A DNA stretch of 62,873 nt, counting the filler, from Stramenopiles sp. TOSAG23-2 (taxonomy: Eukaryota): the NCBI GenBank assembly GCA_900128395.1. It is 4 parts of 4 records of this genome, joined end to end, with 100 filler letters (N's around TTAATTAATTAA, not from the genome) between each part and the next. Parts side by side here need not be neighbours in the genome. Positions count along the whole stretch, not along the records: positions 47,285 to 62,873 come from LT649703.1; 3 more parts are not named here. One strand, 5' to 3'. A program made the translations under genes and the position numbers. Below the pieces are notes generated by a model that worked only from the letters and a program-made list of their open reading frames with translations, was not told the origin of the DNA and searched no databases. The first letter of the stretch is position 1, and every line of letters starts with the position of its first letter. Shown piece after piece: positions 52,520-62,873 of the stretch.

Positions 52520-53506
52520 TCATGACACTTTCCTCTTTTTCTTCTGCTCGTTACTGTCACCACCACTAGTCATCGACTTCATATTCATGTTTACATATGC
52601 CAACAAGATCAATATATTCACTGATGTAAAAATGGATAAATATACAGTTGAAATCTCCTCATGATCATCATCATCATTCTCGTTACTGTCACCACCACTA
52701 GTCATCGACTTCATATTCATGTTTACATATGCCAACAAGATCAATATATTCACTGATGTAAAAATGGATAAATATACAGTTGAAATCTCCTCATGATCAT
52801 CATCATCATTCTCATCTTTTCTTATTTTAATTTCCTTTAATTTTGTCTTTGATGTTGTTAAATCGATTGAACTATCAAAGATTTCATCAAAGAGTTGATT
52901 TTGAGTTTTACGATTGTTATCATTATTTATTTCATTAAAATTTAATTTTATGGAACCGAATTTCCATTTATATCCAGAAGGAACATCGGGACCACCGACA
53001 AATATTGTAATATCATAATTACTAGATTCAGATTTAAATCTTCCAGCTTCTTTTGATAAATCAATTGTTGCAACATAATGATTACCATTCTCATTATTTA
53101 AATCCTCACCCTCATTGTTGTTGTTATTATTAGTATTGTCTTTGTCGAGTTTGGCTAAAAAAAATGTATCCCGATTTGATTTAATATTTGTAAATGCTAC
53201 AAATGTTTGATGCGGTTTAGCTGGTTGTTTATCACCATTTTTTTCATTAGCTTCCACACAATAAAAAGATACACGCAATGAATGCTTGTCTCTTTCATTT
53301 GCTTCTAATGACTTTATCAACGTATGCCCAGACTTTACCATAACTGCATCAATTTGTTTCTTTTTTTTAAAGATTGTTAATGTAGTAGATGGTATTTGAT
53401 ATTTTACATTATTATTATCTTCCCCACTATCATTGCTAAAAAAAAAACTTGTTGATTTTGATATAAATAAAGTTAAAATTAATAATATGATGTAATATTT
53501 CTTCAT
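52520..53506 (-). CDS. Short ribophorin II (RPN2/Swp1)-like ER membrane protein; TM segment duplicated (132 bp)
   Basis: Signal peptide; KPHQTFVAF, YDITIFVGG and WKFGSIKLNF match the last luminal domain of ribophorin II; ends KRKVS (KxKxx). Confidence 0.6.
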   Translation of the reverse strand: MKKYYIILLILTLFISKSTSFFFSNDSGEDNNNVKYQIPSTTLTIFKKKKQIDAVMVKSGHTLIKSLEANERDKHSLRVSFYCVEANEKNGDKQPAKPHQTFVAFTNIKSNRDTFFLAKLDKDNTNNNNNNEGEDLNNENGNHYVATIDLSKEAGRFKSESSNYDITIFVGGPDVPSGYKWKFGSIKLNFNEINNDNNRKTQNQLFDEIFDSSIDLTTSKTKLKEIKIRKDENDDDDHEEISTVYLSIFTSVNILILLAYVNMNMKSMTSGGDSNENDDDDHEEISTVYLSIFTSVNILILLAYVNMNMKSMTSGGDSNEQKKKRKVS

Positions 53507-54344
53507 TTTATTATATATAATTCCTCCTGTGTTCTTTTCGATCTATAATATCAACTAATTCCAACAAAAAAAAATCAATTGATTATATAATCTCTCTATA
53601 ACATTTATAATATTTGGTCCTCAAGCATTGATATACGATTTCCAAAATACTCTGTATCTGTCTATCCTTTCACTTCGTTCTTTCATGTTTTCTAATTCAA
53701 TTTAATTTTAATTTTCTTTCACAATAAAAAAGTCTTTTTTTATTTTTATTTTTTCACAAAAAAACAACTAAATTCTTGTATTATACTTTATTTCATTTTT
53801 AGTATACTTCTTAGATATTTTACCTATATTGATAATTGATAAATAGAATTTAGTAAATTTTTCCATTTTTCCATTTTTTCCATTGTCATAGTCGTACTAA
53901 TACGTTTTATAACTACATGTATAAAATTTTGATATTTGAACCTCTATGCTGTGTAGTGCTGTTCTGGAATGCAACAGTATTACATTTTGGCCGGGCAAAA
54001 CTCTTTCCGCTTTCAAAATTATTCGCAATCTCAATGCTATTTCTATTATGTAAATATTTCCAGGAACTTTCCTTTGGCTTTCGCAGCCTACTGCTACTAT
54101 AGCAACTATAATTACCTGCTAATAATAATTATATTTGACAAGTTGTTGAAGTATATACATTTTTACAAGTATGCACAACCATAATATATAGAAGAAAAAA
54201 TAATCCAAGTGTATAAATAGATATAAAAACAAATACAAAAAAAGAAAGGAAGTGTATAAGAGACCAGTAAATAAAAAGAAGAATTATATTTTAAAAAGAA
54301 ACAAGAGTAATTTATACAAAGAGAAGAAAAAACAAAACGTAAAT

Positions 54345-55331
54345 ATGCCTGGAGAATTTAAATTTTATCAAATTTTAGACGTATTTTCCAAACCGGAAAC
54401 AGATGAAGATTTAAAACCTTTGGCATGTGGCCATATATGTCAAATTCCAAATGTTGTACGAGACAAATGTTGCCAATGTAGCGATGCAAAACGACAATGC
54501 AATTATTGTCGTGGTGGAGAGCATAAGCATACGCTACAGCAAGAACGAACATATTGTAATAAACATGATGTACCAGTTGGAAGGGATAAAAATGGAATTT
54601 GCTGTATTTGTCATTACAAAGATCATGTTACCTCCTCTGGAAGTAACACGCTTAAATTGTATAAAAAATCTCCTTGGCTAAAGAGGCAAGCGGATTTAAA
54701 AAAAGAGAAAGAAGAAAGCAATGTACTATGGCGACAATTGAGGAAAAAACAAAAGAGAATTATGTGGCGTGAACGATATCCTATGTGCAAATGCCATTTT
54801 GTTCATATTTGCAAGCAAATAAAAAAATTTCCAAATCCATATGATTGGGGCAAAACCGATAACATTCATATGGAGTGGAATTCTGATAAGGGATACAGAT
54901 GCCCATATGGTAATAATCCATGTCGTCATCATGTGGTTAAAAAAAAACAACCATCAAAACCAGCTATCAATACATTGCAAACGATTGACGAATTTGCACA
55001 TTTAGCGGAGGAGCAAGATGTATGGAGTGAGAACAGAAAAACGAATGACGATGTAGAATCACAAGAAAGGAAAACAAAAAGTGATACGAAACTTTGTGTT
55101 GAAGAATTTAGCAGAGATGGTATTACTTGGCCGTCACTTGGTGACATAGATACTGGAGATAGATCTCTTCGTGATTGGGTTGTCTTTCAAAATGGAGAAA
55201 TATCAAACAGTGATCATGACGATGATATTGTAGACAATAGCGATGCATTTTCTTTGATAAGCGAGCCATTTAGTGAATGTAGTTGGGTTGATTTAACGCC
55301 AGCAACAACAACAATGAAATCGAAAAATTAA
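54345..55331 (+). CDS. Hypothetical Cys/His-rich protein with acidic C-terminal tail
   Basis: ATG at 54345 (MPGEF) in the frame of track ORF 54252-55331; multiple CxxC/CxxH pairs. Confidence 0.65.
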   Translation: MPGEFKFYQILDVFSKPETDEDLKPLACGHICQIPNVVRDKCCQCSDAKRQCNYCRGGEHKHTLQQERTYCNKHDVPVGRDKNGICCICHYKDHVTSSGSNTLKLYKKSPWLKRQADLKKEKEESNVLWRQLRKKQKRIMWRERYPMCKCHFVHICKQIKKFPNPYDWGKTDNIHMEWNSDKGYRCPYGNNPCRHHVVKKKQPSKPAINTLQTIDEFAHLAEEQDVWSENRKTNDDVESQERKTKSDTKLCVEEFSRDGITWPSLGDIDTGDRSLRDWVVFQNGEISNSDHDDDIVDNSDAFSLISEPFSECSWVDLTPATTTMKSKN

Positions 55332-55614
55332 AAGGTGCGCATAGAAATCATGCGACAAAAAATTCAAGAAAAGGTTTTGTTGCTTATAAGAAATGGAATG
55401 GAAGACGTGGAGTAAAATCGAAAAGATCAAAAAATAGTGTTCGTAGACGTTGTAAATAAAATAAAATGGACGCCCCGCGGCCCATACGCTACATATTTAA
55501 AGTACATGTCAGAGGATATAATACGAAGTATATTACACGACTTCGTACATAAAATATATTTTTTACTAAAAATTTCATTACAATATATTTAAAAAATTAA
55601 TAATTTTTTTATAT

Positions 55615-58600
55615 TCACAATTTTGGTGGAACGCCATTTGCTTCTCCACCATGGTTATGAGTTCCTGGTCGTATTGGCAAACTTTGTCTTCCTTCAACTC
55701 TATTCATTTGTTGCTGTGCATAAATCCTATCTACCATGCTTTCCATTGGTGGTACACGACGAATGTTAAATTTCTGTGCGTGGCAATTCTTTTTAATACA
55801 ATCTTTAAGACAACGTTGTCTTGCATCTGCGCCGTCATCACCTTCTGCACTATTCTTTTGGCATGTCGCAAGACATGTTTTTTCACATTTTGGTGTTGAT
55901 TCGACTGAACAGTAAGGTCCAGACCATTTGTTTTCACATTCACAAACACCATCCATACAACTACCATGTCCACTACAATTTCTAGGACAGGAGCGTTCAG
56001 AACAATCTGCCGTGTGCCATCCTTCTTTACATTGACATAATCCGTGAACACATTGTCCTCTACCGGAACAACCGTGTGGGCATGGGATCCTATCATTGCC
56101 AGCTATTGCTAATAAATCTAATGCGTCTCTACGCCATTTTGCACGTGCCTGTTCCGCCTTCGTTCTTGCGGTGGAATTGCCATTTTCTGCTTGTATTAAG
56201 TATTTTCTTTCCTTACTATCTTGTAGTGTCATATCTGCAACTGTTTCCTCCACTTTTGATGGAGTAACAAATTCTGGGTTGTACACATTACCTTCCCTAA
56301 CTGCTTTTTCTAAATCATCGCTACGCGCGCCCATTAACCTTTGAGAAAATTCAATATCTTCCTTCAATAACTTCAATTGCCTAAATTTATCGCCACCTTT
56401 CCTTTTCATTTCTTTAGCAGCCTTATCTTTCAAATAACGATACATGTGGAATGCACTAACTATCGATTCAGCTGAAATTGGACCACGTCCTTTTCCTTTA
56501 ATGCCTACGAATAAACTACAATCATCACCAGCATATTTTTGCTTACAATGGCAGATACCTTGATCACAAAGGCCACGTTCTTCTTTTTCGTCATTGTGGC
56601 AATCTGATGGGCATTGTCTAATGCTACAATCATCACCTTCAAATCCTTGTTTACAGTTACATTTAGCTTCAGTCGTACCATATGCTTCCTTGTCCGCTAA
56701 TACACATTCACCTCGTAATGAGCAATCGTTTTCACAGATTGTGTATGAACAATTGACGCCACGGAAACCGTGTGCACATTGGCAGATACCTGCGGCACAA
56801 ACACCACCGTTCAAACATTCGTGGCCACAACTACAGTCGGCACCATACCAACCTGGTTTACAATTACATTTTCCATCCGTACCTGGTGCGCAATCACCAT
56901 TACCGCTACATTGGTTAGGACAGTCTTTGATTTCACATGCAATACCTTTCCACCCGTTTTCACATTGGCAGCGTTTTGGGGTACCAACGCAGGAACCACG
57001 GCCGCCACATTTATTTGGGCAACCAACTAATTCAATGGAACAATCTACGCCACCGAAACCGGAGGTACAGTAACATTCTCCATCTGCACCGTTACAGAAA
57101 CCATTTGGTTCATTACAGCCGTATGCGCATGATTTTTGTTTACAATCATCACCACGGTATCCTGGCATGCATTTACATTTATCGTTATTACAAACACCAG
57201 TAATAACACCTTCCCATTCTTTCGTACAGCGATCGTTACATGTTTCGATCTCGCAGCTTTTGCCTCTCCATCCAGAGTGGCAATTGCAGGTACCGTTACC
57301 CATGCATTGGCCATGACCACCACAATCTTTCAAGCAAAGTGTTTGTGTACAGAAATCTCCACCGTAACCTGGTTTACAATAACATACTCCATCGTGACAA
57401 TCGGAATTTGGACTGTCTTCGCATTCTTTACTACATGTTTTTAAGTTACATGCAGCACCTGTGTAACCTTTCGTGCAGAAACATTTTGGCATTGATTTTA
57501 ATGATTTTGATCCATTTCTTGCAATTGGATGTACGTGTTGGATACATGTACCATGTCCAGAACAATCAGCGAATTTATCTTTCGTTGGGCAAACGGCTTT
57601 GCTACAATCTTCGCCTTCCCATCCTCTTCGACATGCGCATAATCCGTGTTCCATACAATTACCATGTCCAGAACATTGATTTTTACATACTTTCGTTTGG
57701 CATTGTTGGCCAGTGTAATCACCTAAGCAATAGCAAGTGCCATTGAAGCAATGGCCATGGTTGGAACAGTTGGTATGGCATACTCGTAAATTACAAAGTT
57801 CACCTTCCCAATCGCGATTACATTTACATGTCAAATCAGGTTGGCATTCCCCATGATTACTACAATCATTCGTGCATGTTCTTTTGGTACAGTTTACACC
57901 GCCATAACCATCGGAGCAAATACATTTTCCTTGCTCACAACGCCCATGCAATTCACATTCTGGTGCACATGGTGCAATCTCACATGCGATACCTTCATAC
58001 CCTTTTGCGCATGTACAATTTCCCAATGGGTTACATTCACCATGTCCACTGCACGTTTGGTTTTCAACTTTGGTTGGGCATTTACGCATATCACATGCAG
58101 GTCCGGTGAATTCATCGAAACATAAACATGTTGCATCTTCTTGTTGGCAGATACCATTCCCATTACATAAACCTGGGCATAATCGTTGGTTACATGATGG
58201 GCCAGTCCAATCAGGTTTACATGCACATACACCGTTGATACAAAGACCATTACCATTACAGTTACCGGTACAATCTTGCTTGTCACAATTGGTACCACTC
58301 CATCCAGCAGCGCAGATGCATACACCATTGTCGCAACGACCATGTAAGCAACCACCAACGCATTTACGGACGGTACAATATGGACCACCCCATCCTTCAT
58401 TACAGATACATACACCATCGTCGCAAGTACCTGCATTGTTATTGCAGTTATGTGGGCATAACCTCACACCGCAATCGTCGCCGGAATACCTTGCGTGGCA
58501 GACGCATTTGCCAGCGCGGCAGAAACCGTTCATATTACAGTTGCTTAAATGTGCACATGATCTATAGGAACAATCATAACCGCTCCATGGCGCTTCACAT

Positions 58601-60264
58601 TTACATTGGCCACCACGACATTGTCCGTGTCCACTACATTTATTCGGTCCACATGTCAATTGACGGCAATTGTCACCAGCGAAACCTGGTTTACAAAAGC
58701 AAGTACCTTCATGGCAATAACCATTTGCACCACAATGATCTGGACAGCCTTTGATGGAACAGTCCACACCACGGTAACCACGTTTACACATGCATTTTCC
58801 TCCAAGGCATTCTCCATATACACAGCCTTGTGGGCATTGATCTTTCATGCAATCTTCACCAGTGTAACCATCATCACAAGTGCATGTACCATTACCACAA
58901 GTTCCATGTCCGGAGCAAATGGTGCTTTTTTTGCCAGTTGGGCATGTACTAATCTCACATGCTTTGCCAGAAAATCTAGGTTCGCATAAACATTTTCCCT
59001 CCGAGCATAAACCGTGCCCGTTACAACCTTTAATGCAATATCTTTCACTACAGTCTTCACCCATGAAACCTTCGGAACATACACATTTCTGATCACCAAT
59101 TTTTCCAACACATTTTCCGTTACCTGAACATTTGTTTGGGCAAGTTGTCTTGTCACACGCTGCACCACCCCAACCGGCACGGCAATAACATTTATGTTTT
59201 CCATGCTCTTGTAAGCAGATGCCGTTTCCGGAGCAATCATTTGGGCACCAGCTCACGGAACAGTCGTTACCAGTGAAACCAGCTTGGCATTGGCATTGGA
59301 AAAAGTTTTCACCAACTGTATCACATTTTCCATGTGAATTTTTCGTTGCACCACATTTTCCACTGCAAGCACCAACACGGCAGTCACTTCCAGTGAAACC
59401 TTGCATGCATTCACATTTACCGTTGCGGCAGAAACCATTACCGGAACAATCGTTTGGGCATGGAATAGCTGGGCCAATACCAACACCATCTAAGTTTCCA
59501 TCTAATCTTGGTGCTTCTCTCAAGTCACCATCCGATACGTCTTCATCAGCATCTTTTGTTTTCGCTGCTATTGGTTGTTGTACTTTAATTTGGTTTGCAT
59601 CAATCGTTAACCCTTCAATTGCATTGGTCAATTTCGGTGCCAATGCAATGGCAAGGCTGGTAGTGTCAAGCATTTGACGCATGACAGCTGGTTGGTTATC
59701 CGTAACTACAACTACGTATTGGATGACGGATGCATCACTTGCTAATAAACGCCTTCTTCGTTGTTGTGACGGCGTTTCTTGCGCTGCACTTCCACTTTCC
59801 TCTACACTTGTAATTTGTACAGCACCTTTGTCTACTTGTAATATTTTTGCAAGGACTTCTTCAATCTTTGCTTTATGCTCATCTAGCACATCTTTCGTAA
59901 TACCTTCCATATTGATTTGTTGTTTGATTTTTTGACCACCGATGATTTGAGCCCCACCAGTCATACCAGTACCAGCACCAGTTGCTGCATTTGCAGAACC
60001 AGTTGCGGTACTAAGACCTTTATTAAAAGCTATACCATTACCACCAGTTGGTGCTTTCATCATTGGATTGTTATTACTATTACTATCAGTGGCTGGTGAT
60101 GCCTCTTGCTGTTCAAGATCACTTGGGCCACTACCACCACTACTACTATCATCATCATTTGTATCTATATCATTTGTTGCACCATCCGTTTGGGGTGTAA
60201 CATTACTAAATAAAAAACAAGAAGCAAATAATGCTATTAACAATATTGATAAAAATTTATTCAT
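55615..60264 (-). CDS. Secreted tenascin-type EGF-repeat protein (~30 repeats)
   Basis: Signal peptide; RRRRRLL basic site; tandem CPNDCSGNG.C..G.C.C..G.TG.DC repeats; no TM anchor seen. Confidence 0.9.
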   Translation of the reverse strand: MNKFLSILLIALFASCFLFSNVTPQTDGATNDIDTNDDDSSSGGSGPSDLEQQEASPATDSNSNNNPMMKAPTGGNGIAFNKGLSTATGSANAATGAGTGMTGGAQIIGGQKIKQQINMEGITKDVLDEHKAKIEEVLAKILQVDKGAVQITSVEESGSAAQETPSQQRRRRLLASDASVIQYVVVVTDNQPAVMRQMLDTTSLAIALAPKLTNAIEGLTIDANQIKVQQPIAAKTKDADEDVSDGDLREAPRLDGNLDGVGIGPAIPCPNDCSGNGFCRNGKCECMQGFTGSDCRVGACSGKCGATKNSHGKCDTVGENFFQCQCQAGFTGNDCSVSWCPNDCSGNGICLQEHGKHKCYCRAGWGGAACDKTTCPNKCSGNGKCVGKIGDQKCVCSEGFMGEDCSERYCIKGCNGHGLCSEGKCLCEPRFSGKACEISTCPTGKKSTICSGHGTCGNGTCTCDDGYTGEDCMKDQCPQGCVYGECLGGKCMCKRGYRGVDCSIKGCPDHCGANGYCHEGTCFCKPGFAGDNCRQLTCGPNKCSGHGQCRGGQCKCEAPWSGYDCSYRSCAHLSNCNMNGFCRAGKCVCHARYSGDDCGVRLCPHNCNNNAGTCDDGVCICNEGWGGPYCTVRKCVGGCLHGRCDNGVCICAAGWSGTNCDKQDCTGNCNGNGLCINGVCACKPDWTGPSCNQRLCPGLCNGNGICQQEDATCLCFDEFTGPACDMRKCPTKVENQTCSGHGECNPLGNCTCAKGYEGIACEIAPCAPECELHGRCEQGKCICSDGYGGVNCTKRTCTNDCSNHGECQPDLTCKCNRDWEGELCNLRVCHTNCSNHGHCFNGTCYCLGDYTGQQCQTKVCKNQCSGHGNCMEHGLCACRRGWEGEDCSKAVCPTKDKFADCSGHGTCIQHVHPIARNGSKSLKSMPKCFCTKGYTGAACNLKTCSKECEDSPNSDCHDGVCYCKPGYGGDFCTQTLCLKDCGGHGQCMGNGTCNCHSGWRGKSCEIETCNDRCTKEWEGVITGVCNNDKCKCMPGYRGDDCKQKSCAYGCNEPNGFCNGADGECYCTSGFGGVDCSIELVGCPNKCGGRGSCVGTPKRCQCENGWKGIACEIKDCPNQCSGNGDCAPGTDGKCNCKPGWYGADCSCGHECLNGGVCAAGICQCAHGFRGVNCSYTICENDCSLRGECVLADKEAYGTTEAKCNCKQGFEGDDCSIRQCPSDCHNDEKEERGLCDQGICHCKQKYAGDDCSLFVGIKGKGRGPISAESIVSAFHMYRYLKDKAAKEMKRKGGDKFRQLKLLKEDIEFSQRLMGARSDDLEKAVREGNVYNPEFVTPSKVEETVADMTLQDSKERKYLIQAENGNSTARTKAEQARAKWRRDALDLLAIAGNDRIPCPHGCSGRGQCVHGLCQCKEGWHTADCSERSCPRNCSGHGSCMDGVCECENKWSGPYCSVESTPKCEKTCLATCQKNSAEGDDGADARQRCLKDCIKKNCHAQKFNIRRVPPMESMVDRIYAQQQMNRVEGRQSLPIRPGTHNHGGEANGVPPKL

Positions 60265-60760
60265 TTTTTTCTTAATTTATATAATATCTGAATCTTATAT
60301 ATCTTGTATACCTATTCTCGTTACCAAAACTTGTTGCAATATACTATAAAACCTAATATAACTTAGATTGATCCAAACAATTCTATATGAGAATGGGGGA
60401 AAAAACCTTTACTAATGAATATGTATATATCTGTTCCTCTGTTCCCACACCGTCGTCTGTTGTTGGTTTACAGATAATTCTATTTTCCCACTTCTTTTCC
60501 CCTAGTCAGATAATCGCGCTGCTTGTGAATCCTTCGTGCCTTCCTCGTTTTTGATGTGGACGAAAATGAACATTAGCACACGGATAGCATTGGGAGTCAG
60601 AAACCCTAATTTACAACACCGTCTTTTTTCATCATTTTAAAAAGTGAGGTATGCTATTTACCTATTAAACCACAGTTGCAAGGCTATTCTTTAGTAATAT
60701 ATAAATAGCATTGTTGCCTTACTCAAAGCTACCGAATATCACTATTCTTACCTTGTCGTT

Positions 60761-60905
60761 AGATAGGAACATAATTTATAAATTAAGTATTCGTGGCAGT
60801 ATAGTAGTCAGATAGGAACATAATTTCTGAATTAAGTATTCGTGGCAGTATAGTAGTCAGATAGGAACATAATTTATAAATTAAGTATTCGTGACAGTAT
60901 AGTAA
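60761..60905. repeat. 49-bp minisatellite, 3 copies
   Basis: AGATAGGAACATAATTTATAAATTAAGTATTCGTGGCAGTATAGTAGTC units start at 60761, 60810 and 60859, with 1-2 substitutions and no spacers. Confidence 0.9.
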
Positions 60906-61299
60906 GGCTTTTGCAAAATTACATCAATATTTACCAAAAGTTATACTTAAAGGGGGAATTAGAATACTAAAATTATTCTATGCTATACATATAGGGTCAT
61001 ATATTTGATATTCAGTACAATAACTCTTACACTCATCAATAATTGTAGAAATTAGCAGAAAAAGTGTCCTCAAAAACATAGATTGAGAATGAAAACTGGG
61101 GGTGTCGAGGTGTCAATATCGATTCTTCCTCATCAAATTATGAAACATTTTTACATAGTGTATAGTGTTATTTTATTAACGAAATATATATATTATTAAT
61201 AATATATATATGTGTTTAAATGGATAGATAGTAAACTACTATTGTCAACGTCGTGAACATATATACAGTTATAGTTATTATTTTTATATCAGATAAACC

Positions 61300-62433
61300 A
61301 TGAAATACAATATGTATACGACGACAATTGCAACAACAGCAATTGCATTGTTGTTCATAATAGGAAATACAAATGGAATATCGATAGAAACAATGTCACC
61401 TTGTAAAGCACATACAGATTGCAATATGAAATCAGGGGAAACTTGTTATTTTTCACATGCGGAAGCATCTGGATTTTGTTTTAGTGAAATAGCAGAATCT
61501 GCTGAACCAGGAACAATTGCAAAAACTGCAACAACTGCAAAGACGACGACGACGAAGAAAAGAAAAAGTGGGCCAACGATGAAACGTGGTGGTATTGTTG
61601 TACAAGGAGAAGAAGGTCAAGCAGCTGTGCTATCTGTTAAATCAGGTAAAACAGGTTATCGTGTAGGTGCATTTGGTACACCAGCTAGGTTTGCAATACA
61701 ACAAACTGGTGGTGATAAAACAGATATATTAACCATCAAGCCAAATGGCGATGTTACGATGAAAAGTAAATTGTTGCGCACGACAAGTATTGAAGCAGAA
61801 TCACGCTTGCTTGTAAATAAAGTACCACAATGGTCAATAGTTAAGCAAGAAAATTATGTCACGGACCCAACTACACAAACGGTGAAAGGTGCTGAAGGTT
61901 GGAAAAGTGTACCAGCAATTGTTGGTAAAAATGCTGTACAAGTGCAAGTAAGTCGTTGTGGTGGATTGACATTGTTAGGTGGTGTTAGTAATTTCGATCA
62001 AGCAGGTTCCGTAGCTAAAATTTTCAAAGTTCCAGTTGCTGCTACTACAAAAGAAGTAAGAATTACCACACGTTTCCATTTCATTGATATGTGGCTTGGA
62101 CAAAGTGGTTATTTAAAAATTGCTATGCCACAAGAAAATGGTGAATATGGCAAAGGACAAGTAGTATGGTCCTCGCAATATGAAACAGCACCAGATGGTC
62201 TGTCGCCAATGGTAGAAATGATGAATGTTTGTGGTAATCCAAAAGTTGGTGAACATAAATTTTCTGTGCCAATAGATATAGTAGTACCTCTTAAAGGTAG
62301 ATCAGCAGCAAGTGCTGCAGAGAAAGTTGAAATTAAATTAGAATTTGGTTCAACATGGGCTGTACCAGCAGATGAAAATGGTAGTAATGAAGGTTCATGG
62401 GGTATTAGTGGAGTAGAATTTTGGCAACATTAA
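61300..62433 (+). CDS. Secreted protein resembling the alveolate PH/PHL (Plasmodium crystalloid 'PH-like') family
   Basis: Signal peptide; VNKVPQW, GW..SRCG..LLGG, RFHFIDMW, NVCG..KFSVPID, FGST and SWGISGV motif series. Recognised from memory of the family, not from a search. Confidence 0.55.
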   Translation: MKYNMYTTTIATTAIALLFIIGNTNGISIETMSPCKAHTDCNMKSGETCYFSHAEASGFCFSEIAESAEPGTIAKTATTAKTTTTKKRKSGPTMKRGGIVVQGEEGQAAVLSVKSGKTGYRVGAFGTPARFAIQQTGGDKTDILTIKPNGDVTMKSKLLRTTSIEAESRLLVNKVPQWSIVKQENYVTDPTTQTVKGAEGWKSVPAIVGKNAVQVQVSRCGGLTLLGGVSNFDQAGSVAKIFKVPVAATTKEVRITTRFHFIDMWLGQSGYLKIAMPQENGEYGKGQVVWSSQYETAPDGLSPMVEMMNVCGNPKVGEHKFSVPIDIVVPLKGRSAASAAEKVEIKLEFGSTWAVPADENGSNEGSWGISGVEFWQH

Positions 62434-62873
62434 AAAAACAAGAGTAAAAAGAAAAGATAAGATTTATATTTTTTTTACCAGCAGATGAAAATGGTAGTAA
62501 TGAAGGTTCATGGGGTATTAGTGGAGTAGAATTTTGGCAACATTAAAAAAACAAGAGTAAAAAGAAAAGATAAGATTTATATTTTTTTATTATACACGCA
62601 ATATATATAATATTATGTACACTCTTTCCAAAAAAAGTATCTTTTTTATTTTTATTTCTCTTCTTCCGTCTTCTGTGTGTATGTTATATATAATATGAGT
62701 AAGAGAACATTTTATATAATATCATATCGTTTCGTAGTACCCACCCCAAACAGAAATAAAACTTCTTATTTTAATCACTTCTTCCTTTTTTGAAATAAAT
62801 CATACAAAGACTTTTGCTGTTTACCACCATCATCATTCATTATTTTTCTTTTCTTTTTTTTACTATTTCGTTT

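Noticed and set aside
55651-60349. Numerous overlapping ORFs within the EGF-repeat gene
   Set aside because: Antisense or alternate-frame shadows of a Cys/Gly-rich repeat CDS; no independent motifs.
60761-60905. CRISPR-like array
   Set aside because: Repeats are contiguous with no unique spacers, there are no cas genes, and the context is eukaryotic.

Overview
AT-rich, intron-poor nuclear DNA from a flagellated unicellular eukaryote (CFAP299, a CFAP97-domain gene and WDR31 are present; a marine stramenopile-like protist is plausible but is inference). The window is four similarly sized contigs joined by artificial N-TTAATTAATTAA-N linkers (1-15667, 15768-31429, 31530-47184, 47285-62873), so adjacency across linkers means nothing. 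Inverted self-copies at two contig ends suggest MDA/single-cell amplification. Housekeeping genes: transportin-1, CCDC93, SHQ1, RNF141-like, MetX/Cys2-like, acyl-CoA oxidase-like, ribophorin-II-like, EDR2-like and a PX-PH protein. The strongest signal is a multicopy TIR-coiled-coil-LRR gene family lacking a nucleotide-binding domain. Its 78-nt LRR modules have a nearly invariant DNA framework but hypervariable exposed codons, and two paralogous C-termini differ at 10 of 51 codons with no synonymous-only differences. This is a candidate diversifying immune-receptor system. Also notable: a >2500-aa ankyrin/fascin-like/SPRY/polycystin-2-type channel, TACGAA-n-TTCGTA palindromes at convergent gene junctions, a dispersed ~30-bp intergenic motif, a Stowaway/mariner-like non-autonomous element, and a retropepsin-like fragment missed by the ORF track.
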